Below are positions 18,531 through 34,510 of a DNA stretch of 64,000 nt, piece after piece. Source of the stretch: the human T2T-CHM13v2.0 reference genome, Homo sapiens. The stretch lies in assembly GCF_009914755.1 (NCBI RefSeq), contig NC_060926.1; one strand, given 5' to 3'. Under the pieces are notes generated by a model, which saw only the letters and a list, made by a program, of their open reading frames with translations, was not told the DNA's origin and made no database searches. Position numbers and translations under genes: made by a program. Positions within the stretch are counted from its first letter, which is position 1. Each line of letters begins with the position of its first letter.

Positions 18531-20841
18531 GTTTTTTTGTTTTCTTTCTTGTTTTAATTTAACTTTTATTTTAAGTTCAGGGATAGATGTGCAAATTTGT
18601 TACACAGGTAAACTTGTGTCATGGGGGTTTGTTGTACAGATTATTTCATCACCCAGGTACTAAGCCTAGTTACCCACTAGTTATTTTTCCTGATTCTCTT
18701 CCTCCTCCTACTCTCCACCCTCCAATAGGCCCAAGTGTGTGTTGTTCCCCCTACATGTCCATGTGTTCTCATCATTCAGCTCCCACTTATAAGTGAGAAG
18801 ATGCAGCATTTGGTTTTCTCTTCCTGCATTCATTTGCTAAGGATAATGGCCTCCAGTTCCATCCATGTTACTGCAAAGAACATGATCTCATTCTTTTTTA
18901 TGGCTGCATAGTATTCCATGGTGTATATGTAATACATTTTCTTTATCCAGTCTACTATTGATGGGAATTTAGGTTGATTCCATGTCTTTGCTATCATGAA
19001 TGGTGCTGCAATGAACACACATACATGTGTCTTTATAATAGAATGCTTTATATTCCTTTGGGTATACACCCAGTAATGGGATTACTAGGTCAAATGGTAT
19101 TTCTATTTTTAGGTCTTCAAGGAATCTCCACACTGTCTTCCACAATGGTTGAACTAATTTACACTCCCACTAACAGCATGTAAGTGTTCCTTTTTCTCTG
19201 CAACCTCGCCAGCATCTGTTATTTTTTGACTTTTTAATAATAGCCATTCTGACTGGTGCGAGATAGTATCTCACCGTGGTTTTGATTTGCATTTCTCTAA
19301 TGGTCAGTGATGTTGAGCTATTTTTCCATATAATTGTTGGCTGCATGTATGTCTTCTTTTGAAAAGTGTCATTTCATGTCCTTTGCCCACTTTTTAATGA
19401 ACTGTTTTTATCTTGTAAATTTGTTTAACTTCCTTATAGATGCTGGATATTAGACCTTTGTCGGATGCAGAGTTTGCAAAATTTTTCTCCCATTCTGTAG
19501 GTTGTCTGTTCACTCTGTTGATAGTTTCCTTTGCTGTGCAGAAACTTTTTAGTTTAATTACATCCCATTTGTCAATTTTTGCTTTTGGTATCAACATCAT
19601 GAAATCTTTGCCCATTCCTATGTCCAGAATGGTATTACCTAGGTTGTTTTCCACATTTTTTATAGTTTTGGGTTTTACACTTGTTTTTAATCCATCCTGA
19701 GTTAATTTTTGTATATGGTGTAAAGAAGAGGTCCACTTTCAACCTTCTGCATAAGGCTAGGCAGTTATCCCAGCACCATTTATTGAATAGGAAAACTTTT
19801 CCCCATTGCTTCTTTTCGTCAAGTTTGTCAAAGGTCAGAGAGTTGTAGGTGTGTGGCTTTATTTCTGGGTTCTCTATCCTGTTCCATTGCTCTATGTGTC
19901 TGTTTTTGTACCAGTACCATGCTGTTTTGGTTACTGCAGCCCTGCAGCATAGTTTGAAGTCAAGTAGTGTGATGCCTCCAGCTTTGTTCTTTTTGCTTAG
20001 GATTGGTTTGGCTTTACTGAGCTCTTTTTTGGTTCCATATGAATTTTAAAATAGTTTTTTCTAGTTATGTGAAGAATGTCCATAGTAGTTTAATAGAAAT
20101 AACACTGAATCTATAAATTGCTTTGGACAGTATGGCCATTTTAATGCTATTGATTCTTCCTATCCATGGTCATGGAATGTTTATCCATTTGTTGATGTCA
20201 TCTCTGATTTATTTGAACAGTGTTTTGTAATTCTCCTTGTAGAGAACTTTTATCTCTCTGATCAGTTGTATTCCTAGGTCTTTTATTCTTTTTTTGGCAA
20301 TATTGGATGGAACTACATTCCTGATTTGGCTCTTGGCTTGACTGTTGTTGGTGTCAATAGGAATGTTAGTTATTTTTGCACATTGATTTTGTATCATGAT
20401 AATTTGCTGAAGTTGCTTATCAGCTTAAGGAGCTTTTGGGCTGAGACGATGGAGTGTTCTAGATATAGGATCATGTCATTTGCAAACAAAGATAATTTGA
20501 CTTCCTCTCTTCCTATTTGGATGCCCCTTATTTCTTTCTCTTGCCTGATTGCCCTGGCCAGGTCTTCCAGTACTATGCTGAATAGGAGCGGTGAGAGAGG
20601 GCATCCTTGTCTTGTGCTGGTTTTCAAGGGGAATGCTTCCAGCTTTTGCCCATTCAGTATGATGTTGGCTGTGGGTTTGTCATTAGATGGCTCTTATTAC
20701 TTTGAGATATGTTCCTTCAATACCTAGTCTACTGAGAGTTTTTAACATGAATGGGTGTTGAATTTTATCAAAAGCCTTTTCTGCATCTATTGAGATAATG
20801 ATGTGGCTTTTGTCTTTAGTTCTATTTATGTGATGAATCAC
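18531..20841 (-). mobile_element. 5'-truncated older L1PA (roughly L1PA13-15), sense to PGAP1
   Basis: Disrupted ORF2 fragments ([16 protein letters not shown]), 3'UTR, TSD CCAAATACAG at 18521 and 20842. Confidence 0.92.
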
Positions 20842-23111
20842 CCAAATACAGTTTTTAATCAAGTTTTGTTCTGGAAGTATGTGTGGGGTGGGAGTAGTTA
20901 TATGTTCTAACAATATGTTTGCATTAAACATTTCTAAAGACACTTAGCTTTCCCCAATCTTCTTGAGAAGCACCAATGTGGGCAAGGAGGACAGAGATGC
21001 TCAAGCTAAAGAACCATTAATGAGTAGCCTTCTAACAATCTGACCAGATTCATGTGGGATGTTTATCAAACATAAACTCCTGGGCTTCACCCCGACTTAG
21101 CAAAGTCCCTGTGACAGACTCATATGTTCTAATGTAAATTAAAGAGCCTTAAAAGGGCCACATAAGCCACAGCTACAGGCAGCTAAGACCCACCAGACAA
21201 ATGGTAGCTAATATGAAACATTAATTAGGAAGAACTTGGATAATCTGTGCAGCTATCCACTCTAATGGCTTTTAAGTATTTATTCTCAACAATGGCCAAG
21301 TGTTGAATTTATACGTGCTTTGATGGAGGGCTCCATCTATTTATTAAAAGTTCAGTCCACAGAAATGCCTAACAATGATATAATTCTCATCTGACATTAC
21401 TTTTATTGAGATATTAATATGAATAGAATTTATAAAATGTATTTGCTTTAGTCATCCCTTCAATTTCAAAGCAAAATAATTTTGTGTGCTGTTTATAAAT
21501 GGCTAATACATATTACATTCAATTTTGACTTTCATTAAAATAAAAGATCTATCCTCCTAAGCTGAGAACACACAAGATTGCAGAATGCTGTAATACTTGT
21601 TTTCTAACTTCTCTCTTTCAGCATTTGCCATGAAAAGTAGGCAGCTGAAATAGCTTGTTCTCCTGCTGTTCAGCCAGCTGTTTCTTACATTCAGAACAAA
21701 CAACATAGGGACCTATTGTTTGATATAGAGACTGATTAATCTTTGGAGATTTAAAAGAATAATATAAAAATTTTATGATTTAAGAAATACCTTTTAAAAC
21801 ATAGGAAGCAAAGTACATTTTATTGGGTTTTTAATAATTTATTTCTTCTTAATCTTTATAGGCTGGATAGAACATCCAAATTAATCTATACAATTCATCC
21901 ACGTAATAAAAAAATCACCTATACCCCTCAAGCTATTGAAATAAAAAAATAAGTTGAGGAAATATTTAATAACACCTTATAAATGAGTGTGCAGTAAGTA
22001 TATCCTAACACTTTTGTTTGTTTTGATCCTGGTTAGGATAGTACCAGTGAGAAACCTTAAAAATGTTCAAGAGTCAATTTACTTTCCTATCATATTTGTT
22101 TGATAAACACAAGGTCACATGAATGAATATGTACAAATAAGATTGACCAAGGTGACAAAAAAATTGCAACCATTCCAAAGTGAAGTGTGACTTGCAATTA
22201 TTTCTTCTGTCACCATTCCTCTCTGTTAGCATAAGTTTCTCATTCTCTGTTTGTATAGTATAGAGTTGACTATTCATACAAATAATTATAAGCATTCATG
22301 AGCAAAAATAACTAACTTAATTGGAGTTAATCGTGAAATAATTGGAAACCACCAGATGATTTCACTTTCAAGTCAATGAATGAGTCTAGGATTCATTATG
22401 AAACTATATTTTTAAAGTACAGATTTACTTGAAGACTGAAAACTATCAATCCGGATAAAATTTATCAGTTACAATAAATACAATTTGGAAATTAGAACAG
22501 ATATTTTCATCACATTTTAGGATTATTTTGCTTTTTCAACAATAGATTTTGAGACTGCGCAAATAAGCCCTTTATAAAAGAACTTGCTGACCTACCAGAG
22601 TTGCTTAATCAAATCACAAACAACTATTAAATAAATCCCTGCTGTGACTTATCACCCTGGAGAGCACTAGATAAACTAGTTATTTGAGTGCTTGACCATG
22701 TATCATATCTGTTTGAGATGTCCACTTCCCAACTGCAGGCCCTTCCTCCCAAAATGAGTTCTAAGTATACTAACTCAGCTCATATTTTAAGGCAGGCCAT
22801 TCAAACATATCCTCAAATTGAATGTTAGAAATCCATCCAGTTCTTTTTGTATGAAGTTATAATATACAGAGATTTAGAGGACTGTTAACTTATAGTTTTT
22901 ATCTCTGAAAGTAAAAAAAATATAAATAACACTAATTGTATGTTATTCCCTATCAAATGTATTTCTAGAGAAAATATTTTTTAAATGTAGGTTAGTAAAT
23001 CTCAAGTTTATTTAATACCAAGATAAGCTAATGAAAGAGAATATTTTAAAATGTGTATAGACTCAAGTATTTTTTTCAACTGAATATTAAAATTCTGAAG
23101 CCATAATTTAC

Positions 23112-23163
23112 CTTAATTGTTGGCAGCAGTTCAGCTTTCCATGATAAATCAACCCCTTGCAGG
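23112..23163 (-). CDS. PGAP1: PGAP1 exon 12 (52 nt): LQGVDLSWKAELLPTIK
   Basis: tcaaag acceptor, gtaaa donor; frame continuous. Confidence 0.9.
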
Positions 23164-23521
23164 CTTTGAAATAAATATGAAAATATAATTAAAGGACAAA
23201 TATATGGAAGTATTACAAATTATAAATAAGATTCAGAGGAAAAAGAAACCATCTCTACACCTAGTAGAGATGTCTATTGAGCCTAATCCAATATACTCTG
23301 TCCACATATTTCCCTTAGCAACAAAAATGTTTTTCCCAGCTAATTTCAATGTTTGCAAAAATTACTAGTATATTCATTTCCTTTACTTTTCATTTTAAAA
23401 ACAATATTATAATTTCATATAGCATCAAAATGAAAATAACAATGTATGAAACTATTCTAAAAGTGTGGTTTCCGAGTATTGTTTATGTTGAGATAAATGA
23501 ACATGCATTCAAAAGACTTAC

Positions 23522-23568
23522 CACATAGAAGTGCTGTTTATGCAAGCAAAAATCCAACTATTTGTATC
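23522..23568 (-). CDS. PGAP1: PGAP1 exon 11 (47 nt): DTNSWIFACINSTSM(C)
   Basis: aacag acceptor, gtaag donor; frame continuous. Confidence 0.92.
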
Positions 23569-23788
23569 CTGTTGATGAACAGCACAAAACAAAACACACT
23601 AAGTATTGTAGAAAATAATTATACAAAACAAACACCCATTTTCAACACTTTTTATTGTTATATGATATAGGGTGACTAGGAGCAAGTGAAACGTAAATAA
23701 CAGCTTATTGTTGAGAAACATATCCAAGATGTTCTCAAAGTCAAATAAATCAAGGATGGGTAAAGAAGTCTAATGTCAACATTGATAG

Positions 23789-24148
<360 letters not shown>

Positions 24149-24275
24149 ATCTTTCTACAGCATATCACCTAAGTATTCCTAATTATTGAACCAAAATTTT
24201 CAGATTTCAGTAATGTCCATACTTTAATTAGATAGTTATATAGTAAGTAATCTACATTTTTTAAATGAAGAATGA

Positions 24276-24658
<383 letters not shown>

Positions 24659-24823
24659 TAACTTCTATACAACCAAGAATGTGCTGGACTAAAGCCCAAT
24701 TCCAAGGGCTCCAGACTAAAGCTGGTTATGGTTCATCAGCACAGGATGGAAATGCTGCAGAGATGATTGTGACATTTTAACATATTCTGTATTCAGCTTT
24801 AGTCAATTAAAAGCAGTGTGACC

Positions 24824-25182
<359 letters not shown>

Positions 25183-25659
25183 CTAACTAGTGAAATCCTA
25201 CCAAGACATAAGAGGATGAGAAGCACTGCTCACATAGCTACATAAATTTGTCCTTTGAATCACAGATAGGACAACCAAGAAATCAATGCTTTTATTCAAC
25301 TGATACTTATAAAGTCCATTCTATGGCCAAGGAATGATATACTAAGCCCTCAGGGAAAATGATGAATCAGGCAGACATAGTCTCTGCTCTCATTCAGCTT
25401 ACATAAAATGTTAAGACATTTTTCAGGAATATATAAAAGAAAGCTGACAGGAAACAAATAAAAAAGTGTGGTGTTTCTCTGTAGGCAAAATACTTGTGTG
25501 AGTCCTGTATCAGTTACCTGTACTTCCCAGAACAATAATGTGACATTAAAGAAGCAAGACAACAGAACAGATCTGCACAGCCTGGACACAGAAAATCTAG
25601 CAGCCTATAAAGATCCAACCCATTTTTGTAAAGGGTTTTTGCCGCTACTAAGAAGGGGC

Positions 25660-26740
25660 CTATCCTCAAAGGTAACCCTCATTATGAAAATTGCTGATAT
25701 TCCATACTACTTCGGTGTATAGGGAATTCTGACTCATTCATCAATGGATTGAATAGATAGAGTATCTAACACCATCAAAGTCCATCAAAACACCATGTTG
25801 ATATAACCTAGATGTCAAAAGGTGAACTAATTACAAAAATCATACTAAAAACCTTAGAAGTTATTCAAGGATTATTGACTAACTCCTAAAGTATACAGGA
25901 AAGAAAATGCTACTGATCAAAAATTTATAGTTCTCAAAAAATTCTGTCTACTGTATTTAATGGCTACTAAAAACCATCAAGTGAAAGACTGACTGGGCAC
26001 TTTATAATGGATGGATCATGCTGTCACCACTGAGCCTACCAATATCTTTTTCTCTAAAAGTGGTAAAACCAGATATTATGTACCTCCTGGTACCATAAAA
26101 TAGGCGATACACAGCTCTACTTATAAAACATTCTTACTATAAAAAATTAATCTGAATCTAATCAAGATTCTAGATCTAACTACCAGTTTACAGAAAACAT
26201 AGGGGATAGAAATACATACTAAAAGACACTATGGGAATACAATCAGTTAAACCTAGATTGTGGGAAATTCTGTAAAACATGTAATACATTTCTTTGAACA
26301 TTTAAGTAGCATGGGGGAAAGGGGGTGGGGCTATTTATTATAAAAGAGACATAAGATCTAGGAACTAAAGGCAATGTATACTTTGGATCCTGATTCAGAT
26401 AAACTTAAAATTTAAGTGAACCAAGGAAAACTGAACATGGAGTGAATATCAGATGATACTAAGGAATTAGTATTAATTTGGTTGGATGAAATAATGGTAT
26501 TATGGTAATGTATAAAATCCTTATAGGAAAACATACTTTATGGATGAACTAATAAAATGCCCAGAATTTACTTTTAAAATTTTTCAGTCAAAAAAAGTGT
26601 AAATAAATAAATGATTTAAGAATGACAGAGTATTGATAACTGTTAAAGCTGTATGTTGATTATAAAAAAATTCATTCTTATATTTTCTTTCTGCCTTTAT
26701 ATAAGCTTGAAAATTTCTATAATAAAAATTGAAAAGATTT
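25660..26740 (+). mobile_element. Ancient L1 (L1ME-like) 3' region
   Basis: CTAGATCTAACTACCAGTTTACAG and TTGGATCCTGATTC motifs, A-rich end. Confidence 0.5.
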
Positions 26741-27262
26741 TTTTAAAATTCACATGAGTTTATGTTAATTAATACCCATGAACATTAAATACAGAAAAAA
26801 GATCCTCCCATCAGCCAAATGAATAATTTGCACTTTGACAAGCATTTTTCTTAATATAATACTGACATTCTGATTTGAAATTTAGTATTAAGTGAGAAAA
26901 GATACTTTAAGCTTTTACTCTCAAGGCCAGAATCTGCCAGGGTAAACTGCCCATCTAGATTTTAGGCTGAGAGATGCAAGTCTCTGTGAGAGATGCAAAA
27001 GTCTGGTAATTTCACTAAAATATAGTACCCATTAGCATCCAGCCCACAATGCCTATCATCTTTTTTTAAAATATTTTACTATATAATCAAATGTCAGCAT
27101 CTCCAGCAAAGTAATAGATCTTGGTTCTAAATAAATACAAATAACCTAACAAAAGGGAGAAGAAGGAACAGATACAAATATAGAGTGAAGAATCGTGAGA
27201 TATGCCAAAAAAAAAAAAATCAGAATAGAGGAAAAAGAATCCAAATTAAGAAACAATCCTGA

Positions 27263-27920
<658 letters not shown>

Positions 27921-28514
27921 TTCCATTCCTAATATCATAATAAATGCACGCTACAGCATTTTTAAACAACATCACATTTTTTAATAGTGCCTAACATAGT
28001 AGGTACTCATTAAAAAGAAACACAAAAATCAAAATCATTATTCTGATACAGTAAATCTAGATAACATTGTAAGTTACTCTACTATCTTAGAGAATATTTG
28101 GTATAAAAAGTACCTCAAATTTTAGTATGTAAGCCAATGGAAAACAAAATTCCCTTTATAAAATTCCTATTGAATAGCTTTGCTTAATTACATCTATTCT
28201 TTAAAGTACTAATAGAAACTTAGAATTAAAGGGGTTTTGAATTCCATTCCTTCATCATGAACAGAGTAAAATGAAGGCAGAAAGACAGGGTGGGAGACCT
28301 AAACTAGAACCAAAGTTACACCTTAATAGCATAGTATCTGTGATAAAAAAAAAATTTGATCAATACTTTTCAATCAAAACACTCGTCCAGAGAAATTATT
28401 TTTCAACTACTTAGATTTAATAGTAATATTTCATAGCTAGGTCTACCAGTAGAATTTGAAAAATGAACAACAGTTAGCCTCTTAAATTTACATAAAATGT
28501 ACCAATTATCTTAC

Positions 28515-28598
28515 CAGCATAGTGCTCTGACAATAGACATGAGTGTAGATTTTTCTATGATTTTCAAGAGGAAATGTAAAATATATCTTCTCAGATTC
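28515..28598 (-). CDS. PGAP1: PGAP1 exon 10 (84 nt): [28 protein letters not shown]
   Basis: tgtag acceptor, gtaag donor; phase 0-0. Confidence 0.93.
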
Positions 28599-28889
28599 CT
28601 ACAAAAAGAAGGAAAACACTCAATATAGCTGTAATGAGCAGATTAGTTTCATCATTCAAAAATCCAGATATAGCAAATGAGTAATTATTCTAATTCTATC
28701 ATTCTTCTTGTTGTTGAGAACCAATTCTCTAGGAGTGGGAGAAGGAAGATACAGAAGGGCAAGAGAAAGATTAGGTATAAACTCTGTAGTCCCCAGTTTG
28801 TCCTGGAAGTATCAGTGTGAATGTACTTTTTTGTTGTTGTTTTATTGTGGGTTTTTTGGTCTTCTAGTTAAGATTTTATGCAGTTCTTA

Positions 28890-29990
28890 GCTCTGGCCAT
28901 TGAAAAGGCCTAGAAATGCCAACCCAATAGTCACAAGCATTTCTAGTACCAGATTATGGTTTTGAGATACCACTTCCCAAAGAAAAGGAATAGTTCCTTA
29001 AAGAAATAGCTGATTCACGGTTTGGGGCAGGAAATGTACAAAATAAGCTAAAATATCTTGTCCTACTCAAGAGTGAGGAAACTGTTAAAGACAACTAAAG
29101 AGCTGTATCAACAAAACTCAGGAACTAAACTTGAAATGGTTTGCACTGACCAAATATGGAACGATTTTAGTATCAACAGACTGAAAGAAAACATATTTAA
29201 ATGCATGAGTGCATAATAATACTGGAGGAATAAACCCACTAATGGTCACTAATAAGAGGAAGCTTGTGAGCCAACTCACCATTCTGATAATGAGTAAATA
29301 TAAGGTAAGATCCAAAGATCCACACAATTATCACTCTTTTCCCATATGATTTATTCTACTTTTGATAAATTTAGTAGATAAGCAGTTTTTCTGTAAGTAT
29401 ATAGAATTAACTAGAATACTATTCTAGTTAATAAATAATAAAATTAAACATCATAATTTTTGCATCCTCCTTAATCAATTAATAACTCCAGGCATTCCTC
29501 ATCAACAGTGGCTAACATCACAAAAAGAGAGAAAGTCTAGCAAAAACAAAAACAAAACAAAAATCTGAATATGAAAAAGCAGCTAGATCCAGCTACTAAA
29601 TCACAGGACCACAACAGGCAAAGGAACATGTTGAATGACTACAGGAATGCAATCAGTAAAATCAAGACTGTGAAACTCTAGAGGACAAATGACTTGGTAT
29701 TTTTTTCAACAAATAAGTTTCAAGAAAAAAAAGGGGAGAGTGGTGGTAAGAGAAAGTCTTCCAGATTAAAAAGGAATAAGACATTAATCAATAACAACGT
29801 ATAGGCCTTGTTTGGATCCTGATGTAAACAAACTGAACGTCAAAGAAAACAGCAAAAAAGATAAATTTATGATAAAACTGATTACTGACTAGATACTTAT
29901 TAAGGAATTATTATTAAATTGTGGGAAAATGGCATGCAGTTATCTTGTTTAAAGAGTCTTTAACTTTTAAAGATAAATACTAAATTATTT
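28890..29990 (+). mobile_element. Ancient L1 (L1MC/ME-like) 3' fragments
   Basis: GAAATAGCTGATTC..GGGGCAGGAAATGTACAA and GGAATGCAATCAG motifs. Confidence 0.5.
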
Positions 29991-30032
29991 CTGGAAAAAA
30001 CATGAAAAAAAATCCATTGGTGGAATACTTAC

Positions 30033-30088
30033 GTTGTAAGCTACATAGGTCCATTTGGACACTTTTACTAGAACCCACATAGATGTCC
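30033..30088 (-). CDS. PGAP1: PGAP1 exon 9 (56 nt): [19 protein letters not shown]
   Basis: ttcag acceptor, gtaag donor; frame continuous. Confidence 0.92.
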
Positions 30089-30826
30089 CTGAAGGTAAAG
30101 GAAATTAATTTATTTGCCTTGTTTTGTTTTTATACTACATAGTTTCTTTCTTCTTTGAATCCTGGTGAAATACTTCTCAATCACAATAAAGAAGTGGTTT
30201 TCTGAACACTGGCTATATTAAAACAGAAAATCTAGTAATATATTTTCTATACACTCATCACCAACTAGCATTCACATCAAGTAAAGTATAAATCTGTTTG
30301 GTGTCCTTTAACTCTAAGGAATTATCAACATAGGAAATAAATATTTCATTTCCCAAACAAGACACATAATTAAATATAACAGGTATAATTTGCTTTATAT
30401 TTAAATAGACAAAGCAAGTTATTTTGTTAAAAGCAAAATTTATCAGCAAAAGATATGTTGGTAATCCAAAAGAAGAATGAAGAATAACTGATAATTGAGG
30501 AACTAAAAGGAGTCAAGAATAATATGGCACTTAGTTTATGCAATTGTTAGGAGAACAGTCATTTAACTGAAATTTTTCTATTTGTCATGTTATTTTCAAG
30601 ACAAAATTTTTACCAGCAATCTCTTACATGTTGCTTCTTTTTCCCTTCCTAACCAAGAACTGCACCAGCATCATCATAGGGAAATTAATAATATATGTAT
30701 ATATATAATAGGATCCTAAAACTTGAAGTATCACAGTTTCAAAGATTTTGTCTGCTATAAACAAATTTACCTAAGATTAATAATGAAATACTTCATTTAA
30801 AATTAAAATATGTTATTGTCACCAAC

Positions 30827-30932
30827 CTGTTAAGTCAGAAATTATAGCTGGATTTTCCTCAAAATGTTTTGATGGGTGTCTTATAAAGTGGTGATACAAA
30901 ACTGACAGTTTCTTCTTGGAATTTTGAGTTAT
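30827..30932 (-). CDS. PGAP1: PGAP1 exon 8 (106 nt): [35 protein letters not shown]
   Basis: tctag acceptor, gttggt donor; frame continuous. Confidence 0.92.
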
Positions 30933-31014
30933 CTAGAAAGAACATTGATACATTCTGTATCATTTTGTATCTATTGTAATAGCTTGATGAAACATTGCTT
31001 CAGTAATGATGACA

Positions 31015-31250
31015 ACAGCCAACATTTATTACTCTGAGCCAGGCACTGTTCTGAGCACTGTACATAAACTCACTCAATCATCACAAAAACTCTAAGAGAT
31101 AATGATTTCGTCTGCATTTGAAATGTGAATAAACTAAAGCACAGAGAAATTAAGAAACTTGCCTAAGTTCACACAGCTCTTAAGTCTGGGCTGGGATTCA
31201 CACCCAGGCATTCTGGCTCTAGAGTCCATGCTTTCATTATTATGCAATAG
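31015..31250 (-). mobile_element. MIR
   Basis: GCCAGGCACTGTTCTGAGCAC..GCACAGAGA..CTTGCCTAAG..GGATTCACACCCAGGCA. Confidence 0.8.
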
Positions 31251-31739
31251 TGTCTCTCAAGTAACATTTAAGAATAAAACATTATAAAAATGTATAGAAC
31301 CAGAAGAGAATTTTAGAGATTCTCTGGTCTTGTGATTCCAATGTACTGATTTCCAAATTCAGACTACTGCCAACACCATAACAAAGAATCCACTGGTCAC
31401 TAGAGAAAATAAATATTGTCAACTTTCCTACCATAGAAATTACTCTCTTTTATTCTATCCTTCTACCTGTTTTTTAAATATCCTGGCACAATAAAAAGTT
31501 GGCAACTTTAAAAAAGTTGTCATCCCTTTAAAAAAGTGTACTGGGTATAAAATCCATTTGGTATTGACCATTATTCAACTCTCTAGTTTAATAATTGAGG
31601 CCCTGACAGGTAAATGACTTTCTCAACCACAGAGCGAGAACGGCAAAGAAGTAACAGTGAGGATCCAGGTCTACTAAACCTTTCCAATCCCTTTGGAAGT
31701 CACCCAGCATTTGCCTGAACATTTTTAATTCACTACTTT

Positions 31740-32200
31740 GTAAGATCATGCATTCCAATTTTAACAACTCTTACCAGGAGAATGCTTTATTTAGAGCAAA
31801 TAACTGATTCCTTATTACACTGCTATCTTAGATTGGGAGACAGTCCTTCAAAAATTAGAAACTTGCTATGTTCTCCATTCAAATAAAACATTTCTTCTGC
31901 AGATAAAACAACTTCAAACATATCAAGTGTTTTTCATTGAAATCTTTTGGTCCCTTCACCATTCTGATTGCCTCCCCTGGATAAACTTAAGTTTGTTGAT
32001 GTCCCCCTCAAAATATGATGCATGAAATAGAATACAGTTCTCTAGATACGGTGTCAGTAGAGTGGAGGACAGTGGAACTTTTATACTAATTGATGCAAAC
32101 TCTCTACTTCAAATAACTCAGTCTTATACTAAATTTGTTTGATTTTCTTAAGGGGCCACATCTGTTTGCAATCAATTAAATGTTACAGCCTGTCTATCAA
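31740..32200. mobile_element. L3/CR1-like LINE fragment
   Basis: CTTCACCATTCTGATTGCCTCCCCTGG..AATAGAATACAGTTCTCTAG motifs. Confidence 0.45.
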
Positions 32201-32207
32201 AACTTTA

Positions 32208-32548
<341 letters not shown>

Positions 32549-34057
32549 TCACTCTCAAGGTAATCCATCTACTCACAAGTTTTTAGCTATGACTTTTATG
32601 CTAATAACCACTAGAAATTACTCTGATTCCTGCCTTATCACCATGCTTAGGACTAATTATTCTTTGCATTTTAGTTTCCCTGAATATATATGTTCTGCTT
32701 TTCTCCTGGACTATATGCTTCCTGAGGGTTAGATATCATACCTTAAGTTTTTATTTTCTACTATTTAGTCCAGTCAATTACACGTAGTGAGTTTTTAAAA
32801 CAAAACTCAGTTTCATAAACAGTATTTTTGATTCTTAGTAATATGGTTATCAAAAATTTCTCATTTTCTCCTTAAAATGCATATTTATACATTCAGAATT
32901 ATAATTTATTACATACTAGTACTATAGTTCTTTTCTCATCTTACAAGTTAATGGAAAAACATGCTTGTATTTATTGAAATTAGTTTTATGTCCAATTTTT
33001 TTAGGAATATACCTGTCTGACGTATCCTGTTCTTCACCAGTCGGAATAAGGTTTTTCTTAAGTTTACCAAACGTCAGTTGAAGTAAAAACTGGTCTAGCA
33101 ATTTTAATTGACTCTATTATTGTATGTAGTTGTACTCCCTCAAGTAGGCTTAGAATTTTTACCACAGTTAAGTCTCACAGTTAAAACAATGTCAACAAAC
33201 CAAAAAATGTTTGTGTTGCATGACCAAGTCACAGTGTCAACTTGGTGAAGCTTGTTTAAATCAATAAATATACTAACTTAATACCGAATCTTGTAGCTTA
33301 AAATGTGGTAAAACACAAAATGATCTGGACCTTCAGGAGAGAGCTAAGTATCTATGATTCTCTCTAAGAGTGGTTACACAGCTTTCTGAAGAGTTAAGGA
33401 AAAAAATCCCTATCCTTCTAAGACAGTACACTACAGGGTAAAGGTGCTTTCCTCATTGTTAAGAATTAAGTATTACCTGGAGACCTATTGAGAAAGAGGT
33501 CACCCATACTAGTTGCCCAAAGAATTGGAGCCTTCAGGGGAAATACTCCAAAAATATCCGGGCTGCAATGCTTTGCCATGAAAAAGACTACTTAAAAAAG
33601 AAGGAATTTTTTCTCCAAAAGAAGAAGCCAGAGCCATAGTTCTCAAAATATATTTCCATGAATAAGATGACCTGAGGTAAAAGGCTGTTTAAGATGAATA
33701 ATGGCAATCTGTTCCCAACTTACAGAAAAAAAAATTAAGTTAATGGAAAGAATTCTCTGAATTTTGCTGAAATCCTGCTACCATTTATCTGCTAGCAGAC
33801 AAGAAAGAGATAAAAGAGTAATGTGATAATCTGTAAAGGATACTATGATTTCCATATGTTCTGCTAATTGAACAATTTGGAAAATTACTAGTTTGAAGAG
33901 TTTACACTGTGAAATCAAATTACAGACAAGGTAAAACTTATAAAAGTACATAATTTAAGTTCTGGTGAGCTTAGGTTATTCAATAAATTACACATTTCGA
34001 TCTTACCAGAAAGCTAAAGTGGTTTTTAAAAAAGCATGGTTCAAAAATGTTTAATAA

Positions 34058-34150
34058 ACTCAGGAGGCTGAGGTGGGAGAATCACTTGAGCCCAGGAATT
34101 TGAGTCCAGACTGGGCAACATAGTGAGAACTTATCTCTCAAAAAGAAAAA
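34058..34150 (+). mobile_element. Alu monomer fragment (FLAM-like)
   Basis: CAGGAGGCTGAGGTGGGAGAATCACTTGAGCCCAGGA..CATAGTGAG. Confidence 0.75.
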
Positions 34151-34250
34151 ATGTCTAATAAGATAGATCATGATGTTTACAATGTATTACAAAAAAAATT
34201 ATAAAATAGTTTGTAAGAAGTATTTCCCCTACACTTAAAAAATAAAAGAA

Positions 34251-34510
34251 GGCCGGGTGTAGTAGTTCACGCCTGTAATCCCAGCACTTTGGGAGGCCAA
34301 GACAGGTGGATCACCTGAGGTCAGGAGTTTGAAACCAGCCTGGCCAACATGGTGAAACCCCATCTCTATTAAAAATACTGGTGGTGCACATACATAGTCC
34401 CAGCTCCTCAGGAGGCTAGGTGGGAGGATCGCTTGAACCTGGGAGGCAGAGGCTGCAGTGAGCCGAGATCACGCCACTGCACTCCAGCCTGTGCAACAGA
34501 GTGAGACTCC

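Noticed and set aside
24670-24770. Possible intronic H/ACA snoRNA (hairpin followed by ACA on the minus strand)
   Set aside because: No ANANNA H box at the hinge and no convincing two-hairpin pocket architecture; kept only as an unexplained structured spacer.
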